Below, one piece after another: positions 57,132 to 64,000 of a stretch of 64,000 nucleotides of DNA (its first letter is position 1; every line of letters starts with the position of its first letter). The translations under genes were made by a program, and so were the position numbers. Source of the DNA: a virus. Lineage: Duplodnaviria; Caudoviricetes. The stretch spans positions 1 through 64,000 of the IMG/VR virus record IMGVR_UViG_3300047160_010653, one strand, 5' to 3'. A model generated the notes under the pieces. It did not search any database and had not been told where the DNA came from. It saw only the letters and a list, made by a program, of their open reading frames with translations.

Positions 57132-57425
57132 TTGGGGAATACCGTGGTTGGAGTGATGAACATCAAGCGTTGCGGTGGGTGCCACTTCGCCAAGATCATC
57201 AATCAAGACCTCACGAAACGCCTCTGTCATGGCGCGCCACCGAGCGCTATTCAAATCCCTACGCCCAACGGGCAGATGCGTTTACAGATGGCGCGGCCTG
57301 TCGTGCAGGTCACCGACGAAGCCTGCAGCATGTATCAGGCCAAAACCGGCGCGGATGAAGTGCGCGACAACGAAGCGGTGAAAGCCGCTTACGAGATGGC
57401 GCAGGCACAGGTGATCAAGCAGTGA
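57132..57425 (+). CDS. Small four-Cys protein (CxxC..C..PP..P.V...C)
   Basis: CGGCHF...LCHGAPP...[13 protein letters not shown]. Confidence 0.55.
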   Translation: MGNTVVGVMNIKRCGGCHFAKIINQDLTKRLCHGAPPSAIQIPTPNGQMRLQMARPVVQVTDEACSMYQAKTGADEVRDNEAVKAAYEMAQAQVIKQ

Positions 57426-58939
57426 GCATCTTTAACACTTCATCGGTGCTCGACCCCAGCCTGATCCTCCGGCAAGTGCAGGAAGAGTTCAACCGCGTCT
57501 GGGCCGCGATGGGCGTGGGCGGCAGCGGTGGAGCGCAGGGGCCTCAAGGCGAACCCGGACCGCAGGGCACGCAGGGACCGCAGGGACCGGCCGGTGCAGA
57601 CGGTGCGGTTGGTCCTGCCGGTCCGCAGGGGCTCCAGGGGCCGCGCGGTGTACCAGGGCCATTGGGACCGTCAACGCCTGGGGTTCAGGGACCGGCAGGA
57701 CCGGCAGGGCCACAAGGGCCGCAGGGGGATGCAGGAACTCCCGGGGTTTCTGGCACGGATGGCGCACAAGGTCCAGCAGGGCCGCAGGGCCCGGCCGGGC
57801 CGCAAGGCGATCCCGGGCCCGCGGGCGTGCAGGGCGACCCCGGTCCGCCCGGCAAGACCTGTGCGATTATCGGTTCGTTTTCGAACCGGCAGATTTGGGA
57901 GTTGCCTCCCTCGGGATACATCCCCGCGGATTGGGACAGCCCGGGCAATCCCCCCGCGGGCAATCAGCTCGCCAACGGCCAGGGATTGCTCCACAGCCCG
58001 ACGCAAGAGGTGTGCCTGTGGGTTGGCCCGATGTTGACCTCGGGCTGGGTTGTCCTGGGAGAGGTGCAGGGTCCCGCGGGCTCGCCGGGACCTGCCGGAC
58101 CGGAAGGTCAGGCGGGGCCGTCGGGCGGCCAGGGACCGCCCGGGCCGCAAGGCGTGCAAGGTAATCCCGGCGCTGTCGGTCCAACGGGCAAGGACGGAGC
58201 GCAGGGACCGGCAGGTGCCGCTGGTCCACAAGGGCCTGCCGGGCCTGCCGGTGCCATTGGACCGCAGGGCGGCCAGGGTGTGCAGGGGCCGATGGGCGCA
58301 GTCGGTCCGCAAGGACCGCAAGGCGTGCCCGGTCCGACTGCGGTGTCGAGCGACCCCTCGAACACCGCGACGCTGGGTAGTGACGGCAAGGTGTTCGTGC
58401 CGCTGGCGCCTGCAGGCGGCAACGCCATCCCTCAGATGGACGGCACCGGAGCGGCTGGGTCTAACACGACATGGTCGCGCTCGGACCACGTCCATCCCAC
58501 CGACATCAGTCGACAGCCTGTGAAAGGCACGATTTCGGCTGACAATGCGGCCGCCGGTAACCTCGGCGAGGTGCTGTCGACGTCGGTCACGACAGCGGTG
58601 AACTTGACTGCCAACACCGCGGCGAACATAGGCAGTCTGGTTCTGACTGCAGGCGACTGGGATGTTTCGGGCGTCGTCAACTTCGTCTCGCCCGGCGCGG
58701 CGGCGACCCGCATGGCGGCAGGAATTTCATCGGCATCTGCGACGCTGCCGACACCGGCGCAGATCGCAGCGGGGACGGGGACGCTCAACGACCTGTCGCT
58801 GGTTTTCTCGAAGGCGGCGATGACGATGGCGACCGGCATCTGCCGTTTCAATGTTTCCGCATCGACGACGATCTATCTGATTGGTCTGGGACCGGCCACG
58901 ACTGCGACGGGATACATATGGGCAAGGCGCGCCCGCTGA
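57422..58939 (+). CDS. Collagen-like (Gly-X-Y) fibre protein
   Basis: Two long GPQ/GPA triplet runs separated by a globular spacer; C-terminal SRSDHVHP and beta-rich head. Confidence 0.88.
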   Translation: MSIFNTSSVLDPSLILRQVQEEFNRVWAAMGVGGSGGAQGPQGEPGPQGTQGPQGPAGADGAVGPAGPQGLQGPRGVPGPLGPSTPGVQGPAGPAGPQGPQGDAGTPGVSGTDGAQGPAGPQGPAGPQGDPGPAGVQGDPGPPGKTCAIIGSFSNRQIWELPPSGYIPADWDSPGNPPAGNQLANGQGLLHSPTQEVCLWVGPMLTSGWVVLGEVQGPAGSPGPAGPEGQAGPSGGQGPPGPQGVQGNPGAVGPTGKDGAQGPAGAAGPQGPAGPAGAIGPQGGQGVQGPMGAVGPQGPQGVPGPTAVSSDPSNTATLGSDGKVFVPLAPAGGNAIPQMDGTGAAGSNTTWSRSDHVHPTDISRQPVKGTISADNAAAGNLGEVLSTSVTTAVNLTANTAANIGSLVLTAGDWDVSGVVNFVSPGAAATRMAAGISSASATLPTPAQIAAGTGTLNDLSLVFSKAAMTMATGICRFNVSASTTIYLIGLGPATTATGYIWARRAR

Positions 58940-59127
58940 CCTACGAACCGATAGAGTTTCCCAGAGATTTGCAGCGTTGCGACAACTGCGCCTGTTTCAA
59001 ACGCGATCAGGAAACGCCGGATCGCGGCTGGTGCCGCGCATTTCCGCCGACGGTGCTGGGACCGAACCAGAGCTTCTGGCCATCCGTGTTTGCGATGGAC
59101 TGGTGTGCGAGGTGGACAGCTCGATGA
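58918..59127 (+). CDS. Small four-Cys protein with HiPIP-like spacing
   Basis: CDNCACF...GWCRAFPP...WPSV..MDWCARW. Confidence 0.55.
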   Translation: MGKARPLTYEPIEFPRDLQRCDNCACFKRDQETPDRGWCRAFPPTVLGPNQSFWPSVFAMDWCARWTAR

Positions 59128-60713
59128 GCTACGTCAAGATTAAAGACACCCTCCGCAATCTGATCACAGGCCTGGGGCAGATGGGTATCGACCCTTCTGC
59201 GTCAACGCAGTATGTGCTTTATCTACTGCAGCGCGACCAGCTCGAAAATATGTACCGTGGCGATTGGCTAGCGCGGAAAATCTGCGATGCGCCCGCCGAG
59301 GATATGACCCGCGAGTGGCGCGCGTGGCAAGCCAACCAGAACCAGATCGAAGCGATTGAAGCTGTCGAGAAAACGCTCGACATCAAGCGCAAGACCAAGC
59401 AGTGGCTGATCAAGGCGCGGCTGTACGGCGGTTCGGCTTTTGTGGTTGGTGTCGATGACGGGCAGGACCCCAGTCAACCCATCGATCTCGACAAGTGCAA
59501 GAAGGGCTGTCTGAAATACGTCGTGGTGCTGCACCGGTGGGAATTGAACGCCGGGCCGCGCATCTACAATGTAATGGACCCCTATTATACCCGCCCTGCA
59601 TACTATACGGTGGCGACGCCGATGTTTGGTTTCATGGGCGAGAGCGGTGCGACGATGCCGACGCCGTCGGGCACGCCCGAGCCGATCCCTGGCTCGATCA
59701 ACAATTTCATGAGCAAGGTGATTCCGTTTCAGAACCGGCCCGGTAAGCAGCAATCTCAATATCCCAGCACGACGCCAACCAACCTCGGGCTCACGCAGAT
59801 ACACCCGTCTCGCGTGCTGGAAATGCCCGGCAATGAATTGCCGGACTGGCGGCTCGCGCCGCTGGGCGGTGGATGGGGCGATAGCATTCTGCAGACCGTT
59901 GTCGATACCATGACCAGTTTCACGCAGGTGACGCAGTCGATCACTGCGATGGTCAATGACGGCAAGATGGATGTGGTCAAAATTCCCAACATGGCCTCGC
60001 GGCTCACCAATGAAGAGTACAAGAACACGCTGCTGTCGCGGTTCGCCATGTCGGCGCAAAGCAAGAGCGTCATTTCCGCGCTCCTGCTCGATCGTGAAGA
60101 AGAGTGGGAGCGGGTATCGACGCAGTATGGCGGTTTGCCCATGATACTGCACGAGTTCATCACCCTGGTTTCCGGTGCGGCCGGGATACCGGTGTCCCGT
60201 CTGTTCGGTCAGGCGACCGGGCGCGGGCTGGCTGGCGGCTCGACCGGCGGCGGCGCGTCGGGAGGGGAATCCGATCTGAGAAACTATTACGACGACTGTG
60301 CGCAGAAACAGAAAAACGAGATGGCGCCGCGCATGGGTATGCTCGATCAGTTATTGATGCGTTCGGCGCTCGGGACTGATGATCCGAATATACATTATGA
60401 TTGGAACTCATTATGGCAGATGGACCAGGACGAAAAGTCCAAGATCGCGCTTGCCAAGGCGCAGGCCACGCAGATTTATGTTTCACTTGGCATCGTCAAT
60501 GAGGACGCGTTCCGCGAAGGTGTTGTCAACCAGCTGGTGGAGGATGGAACTTATCCTGGTCTCGACGACGCCATCGAGCAGTTCGGGGCCGAGCCTGAAA
60601 TGCCTGACGATGATGGCGGCTTCATGCCGGGGCGTGGCACGCAGGGACCGTCGCCGCCGGAGCCTGATCCGGAACCGGAGGACATCGGTCATTCCGGACC
60701 AGTCGGTGGTTAA
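59124..60713 (+). CDS. Portal protein (DUF1073 family)
   Basis: YRGDWLARKICD.PAEDMTREWR, ARLYGG, IHPSR, GWGDS.LQ, AAGIP.SRLFG, G..GESDLRNYYD. Confidence 0.9.
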   Translation: MSYVKIKDTLRNLITGLGQMGIDPSASTQYVLYLLQRDQLENMYRGDWLARKICDAPAEDMTREWRAWQANQNQIEAIEAVEKTLDIKRKTKQWLIKARLYGGSAFVVGVDDGQDPSQPIDLDKCKKGCLKYVVVLHRWELNAGPRIYNVMDPYYTRPAYYTVATPMFGFMGESGATMPTPSGTPEPIPGSINNFMSKVIPFQNRPGKQQSQYPSTTPTNLGLTQIHPSRVLEMPGNELPDWRLAPLGGGWGDSILQTVVDTMTSFTQVTQSITAMVNDGKMDVVKIPNMASRLTNEEYKNTLLSRFAMSAQSKSVISALLLDREEEWERVSTQYGGLPMILHEFITLVSGAAGIPVSRLFGQATGRGLAGGSTGGGASGGESDLRNYYDDCAQKQKNEMAPRMGMLDQLLMRSALGTDDPNIHYDWNSLWQMDQDEKSKIALAKAQATQIYVSLGIVNEDAFREGVVNQLVEDGTYPGLDDAIEQFGAEPEMPDDDGGFMPGRGTQGPSPPEPDPEPEDIGHSGPVGG

Positions 60714-60785
60714 CCTCGCCGATGTGATATTGTTCGTCGCGCTGGCGGCGCTCGCGATCATGGCCGCGATCGCTGTTTCCAAGTT

Positions 60786-61058
60786 GTGGAAGAGAGATTG
60801 ATGTTCACTGTCATCGGCACACTGTGCGCATTCGTGTTCTCGCATCCCGGTGATATGGCTTTCATCGCCGTCGGATTTTCGATCGAGAACCAGTGCAACG
60901 TGTCGTTGCTGCTGTATCCCGACGGGCCGATCGGGCCATTGGAAATCAGGCCGGGCTCGGGCGAGATGCACACCTTCCGTGCTATCATTGGCCGCCAGCA
61001 AGCCGTGCTTTACGTCGACGGCATGCCGCATCCGATCCCGTTCGGGGTGCCGTTGTGA
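60786..61058 (+). CDS. Hypothetical protein
   Basis: ORF track; beta-rich; between portal and MuF. Confidence 0.4.
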   Translation: MEERLMFTVIGTLCAFVFSHPGDMAFIAVGFSIENQCNVSLLLYPDGPIGPLEIRPGSGEMHTFRAIIGRQQAVLYVDGMPHPIPFGVPL

Positions 61059-61063
61059 GTTTG

Positions 61064-64000
61064 ATGTGCATGTGCGGCCCGCGCACGCGTGTGCGGGATG
61101 CGTATGACCCCGACGAGCCGCGGGACGAACGTGGGCGTTGGACAACATCGGACGAACCTAAGTTGGAAGGCGGACGTTCGCTCAAGGAAGCCGAGGATCG
61201 CGGCATCTTTGAAGGAAGGTTGGGCGAAAAGAAAGAGGTGTCAGGTGGCGAGCGGCAGTTAGTACTGCTCAAACCGACGGACATTCCCAAGGATTGGCAG
61301 ACGATTGAACATCCTAATGGGAAGCGCCTCTACTTCGATCCGAAGCTTGCTGAAGCTTATGAGCTGATCCCGGGCTACGGCAAAGAGTACGCCAAGCCAA
61401 AAGACAAAACGATTGGCGACTTCGATGTGAAGCCTGAGCCCGACAAGATTTATCGTGGCATGAGCTTCGAGGAGTACCAACGAGCGCTGGATCAAGGGTA
61501 CTTTGCCTCCCGTGGCGACTACAATATCGGCGGCGCACAGGAGGGGCTTACCTACTATTCGACCGATCCGCGGCAAGCACAGAGTTACGCGCATGGGTTT
61601 GCGCCTTGGATGTACAAGGCGACGCCGTCGCGCCCTGCGGTGATCGTCGAGGTGAAAGACCCTGGTGAACATGTCGACGTCCCTGGGATCGGGCAGACTT
61701 CGACCGAGGTGGGACTTCGCAAACATGTGCCAATCAGCGACATCACGCGTGTCTGGTTTGGCAAGCCGTATATCGTGCAGGAGCATCAAGTCGATATCCA
61801 TCGGAATTGGAGCGGTAGTCGCGTCGGCGGTGGCACGAGCTATGATGCGTCGGTGCGATGGGAGCAGCAGCATCTAAAGGATGCTGTGACGATTCACATC
61901 GTCTATGACCGCGCGCGGCGAGACCCGCGCGGGCAGGCGGTGCACTACCTCGAAGCCCGGTTCCGGGCCGAGGCTGACCGGCGCTGGCGGCTACTGGCCC
62001 AGACCATTCGCGAGGCGCTGATCACCCACGACCTCCTGGGCCTGAAGGGCCTCAGCCGACTGCCGCATGAGAACAAGGTCGAGGGGTGGGGCTCTTGGTT
62101 GCGGGGCGAGGTCACCCAGAAGATTTTGGGGTTCAACGGGTACTGGACTGCCCCCTACGTGGAAAACGCATCCATGGAGGCTCTAAAGGGCGCCTCGGGC
62201 GTTGCATTTGGGCAACAGTCTACCGATGGGGAGGGGCCAGGGCACCCGTTCCGGGGCAACCAGTACACCAGCGGGGAAGGTGGACTTCCAGAAGAGCCGG
62301 GAACAACGCCGATCCCGGAAGGCCATGTCCGCTTGTATCACCAGACTGGCGCAGAGAACATTGAATCGATCAAGAAGAACGGCTTGACGCTGTCGAGCGC
62401 TAAGGGCATCGAAGGGCCGAAAGCAATTTATGCTGGGGAGACTGGATTTTATCATAAGGTGGGGGAAGAACAGCCGGGACAGATAACAGTCGAGTTTCAT
62501 GTTCCCAAGGAACGCTGGAGTCCGCCGTTCGTGCGTGTCGACAGTCAAGGTCGCGTTGCTCCGGAAAACATCATCGCTGTCCACGAAGCTTGGCACGGAT
62601 CGGCGCGCTATATTGAAAATGACCCAGAAGTCTTACGGGCCACTCTCGCCGGGGAGAATGATTCACTACTTGATTTGCCACGTGAAGGTCCGGCAATTCG
62701 TTACATCAAGGCGAAGCACGCGCGTGACGCCGCGCCCGGCCCTGCCGAGCGTCTCGCCAGCATGAAGGCGCTGGCGGTGTCGGAGCTGAAGGGCATCGCT
62801 GCGGCGTTCGAGCAGCAGGCCACCAGGGTGGTAGCCCATCACCTTTCGTGCAGTTCGCCCCCGTACTGCACGGCCAATGCCCTGGTGCCGATCATCACGC
62901 AATTCCGCAATCGCACCAGGGCGATGGCAGCGTATGTTGTGGCGAAAGCTCACGCCGGGGCGACGTTGGCGGCGCTGCGCAGCCAGGGCGCGACGCACGT
63001 CGACCTGATCCCCGAGCGGGTCGGCCAATGGGGAAAAGTCGGTGATGGCCGAGGGATTTTCCCCATTAACGATGTCGGACCTCCCGACGAGCCGCGTGAT
63101 CTCAGGGGAAGGTGGACGGAAGGTGGCGGAGGTGGGGAGACTCCAGTGAACCGGTTCGTCGAAACCGGGATTGGTTTGATCATCACGCCACCATTGGGGC
63201 TAGGTGACGCGCCGCGCAAGGTCGGGCCGGGAGCGCGTGGCGGGACGTCGGCGCGAACGGTGCGGCGGATCAAGGCGGTGTCGCGCAAGCTGCGCCGAGC
63301 ATTGCCGCAGCGTGTCGACGTGCTCACGGCCGGTGATGACGATGTCTGCCCCAAATGCCAGGACATTGCCGATAGCGGGCCGTACACTATCTCTGAGGCG
63401 GAGGGGCTGATCCCAGCCCATAATTACTGCCGCTGTAGCTTTGTAAAGGCCGGATATGCCAAGGATTTTGACCCCAACGAACCCCGAGCCAAGGATTTCA
63501 ACCCCTATCATCTGCCGTCAGGTCCTGGCGGCGGACAGTTCACGTCGGGGCCTGGAGGAGAGGGTGCGGGCGCGCCCGAATATGTGCGCGAGCTGGCGAA
63601 GCTCAGCGAGCGCGTGCAGGGGCTCGATCCCCGCGTCCTTGCGGTGGGCGGCGATGACTGGAACAAGGACACCGCGATCAGGCTGGAGCGGCAATACCAG
63701 GACGCCAAGCCCGAGCTGGACAAGGTTGTCGACAGGCTGGTGGAGGGGGCCGCTGCCGGTACACAGCATCCGTACATCCCCGAAGAGTGGGACATGATGT
63801 CTCCTGAGGATCAAGAGTCGGTCAAGAGCGCGTGGATGGATTCCACCAAAGACGATTTCAATAGCAGCGAAGTGGACAGCTGGATCGAGAACGGCAACCA
63901 GCTCGACGAGAGCAAGGCGAAGACGGCTCAGGATTACGGTGACAAAGAGCTGCCGAATTGGGCCAAGGACGTATTCGACGAGGTGCGCGAAGAGTACCGC
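61064..64000 (+). CDS. MuF/SPP1-gp7 head morphogenesis polyvalent protein with two ART-like domains; 3' end beyond window; not in ORF track
   Basis: Frame open for 979 codons to the window end. MuF core TAGDDDVCPKC...GPY...LIPAHNYCRCSF at ~63325-63442. ART-like domain 1 IYRGM...YYSTD...TEV. ART-like domain 2 LYHQT..NIESIKKNGL...AIYA. Follows the portal. Confidence 0.85.
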   Translation, partial: MCMCGPRTRVRDAYDPDEPRDERGRWTTSDEPKLEGGRSLKEAEDRGIFEGRLGEKKEVSGGERQLVLLKPTDIPKDWQTIEHPNGKRLYFDPKLAEAYELIPGYGKEYAKPKDKTIGDFDVKPEPDKIYRGMSFEEYQRALDQGYFASRGDYNIGGAQEGLTYYSTDPRQAQSYAHGFAPWMYKATPSRPAVIVEVKDPGEHVDVPGIGQTSTEVGLRKHVPISDITRVWFGKPYIVQEHQVDIHRNWSGSRVGGGTSYDASVRWEQQHLKDAVTIHIVYDRARRDPRGQAVHYLEARFRAEADRRWRLLAQTIREALITHDLLGLKGLSRLPHENKVEGWGSWLRGEVTQKILGFNGYWTAPYVENASMEALKGASGVAFGQQSTDGEGPGHPFRGNQYTSGEGGLPEEPGTTPIPEGHVRLYHQTGAENIESIKKNGLTLSSAKGIEGPKAIYAGETGFYHKVGEEQPGQITVEFHVPKERWSPPFVRVDSQGRVAPENIIAVHEAWHGSARYIENDPEVLRATLAGENDSLLDLPREGPAIRYIKAKHARDAAPGPAERLASMKALAVSELKGIAAAFEQQATRVVAHHLSCSSPPYCTANALVPIITQFRNRTRAMAAYVVAKAHAGATLAALRSQGATHVDLIPERVGQWGKVGDGRGIFPINDVGPPDEPRDLRGRWTEGGGGGETPVNRFVETGIGLIITPPLGLGDAPRKVGPGARGGTSARTVRRIKAVSRKLRRALPQRVDVLTAGDDDVCPKCQDIADSGPYTISEAEGLIPAHNYCRCSFVKAGYAKDFDPNEPRAKDFNPYHLPSGPGGGQFTSGPGGEGAGAPEYVRELAKLSERVQGLDPRVLAVGGDDWNKDTAIRLERQYQDAKPELDKVVDRLVEGAAAGTQHPYIPEEWDMMSPEDQESVKSAWMDSTKDDFNSSEVDSWIENGNQLDESKAKTAQDYGDKELPNWAKDVFDEVREEYR

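Noticed and set aside
57422-58939. GC-rich periodic DNA as a repeat array
   Set aside because: Fully explained by Gly-X-Y collagen coding
59124-60713. DUF1073 protein as anti-CBASS Acb1
   Set aside because: DUF1073 proteins are sometimes labelled Acb1, but this one has portal motifs and portal synteny, and I see no 2H-phosphodiesterase HxT/S pair

Overview
The window is a 64-kb slice of a tailed dsDNA (siphovirus-like) phage genome of roughly 55-60% GC. It is probably from a soil Alphaproteobacteria/Rhizobiales-type host, which is an inference. No rRNA, tRNA, CRISPR array, integrase or reverse transcriptase is recognisable. Layout: (i) 1-23.2 kb, + strand neck/tail module with two free-standing endonucleases (Endo VII, HNH), a tail chaperone with a -1 frameshift, tape measure, tail tip/fibres and a four-domain glycosyltransferase/methyltransferase fusion; (ii) 23.1-35.9 kb, mostly - strand early genes including SNF2 helicase, DUF932 and a VRR-NUC-like nuclease; (iii) 35.9-43.1 kb replication module (DUF2800 nuclease, SSB-like, PolA, prim-pol, D5/P4 helicase) followed by an iteron-containing palindrome (candidate origin); (iv) 43.3-47.3 kb methyltransferases, ParB-like and NusG-like genes; (v) terminase with a class-3 (Ala1, WCT) intein, then about 8 kb of accessory genes (Acb2/Tad1-like and Tad2-like sponges, a C5 methyltransferase with a nested alternative-frame subunit, a two-catalytic-domain endolysin, a collagen-like protein), the portal, and a more than 979-aa MuF head protein absent from the supplied ORF track. 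The MuF protein is the most striking element. It carries two different ADP-ribosyltransferase-like cassettes plus further cargo, and each cassette opens with a recurring D-x-x-P-x-(E/H)P..G(R/Q/N)..(W/F/Y)T peptide motif, suggesting a modular virion-delivered effector system.
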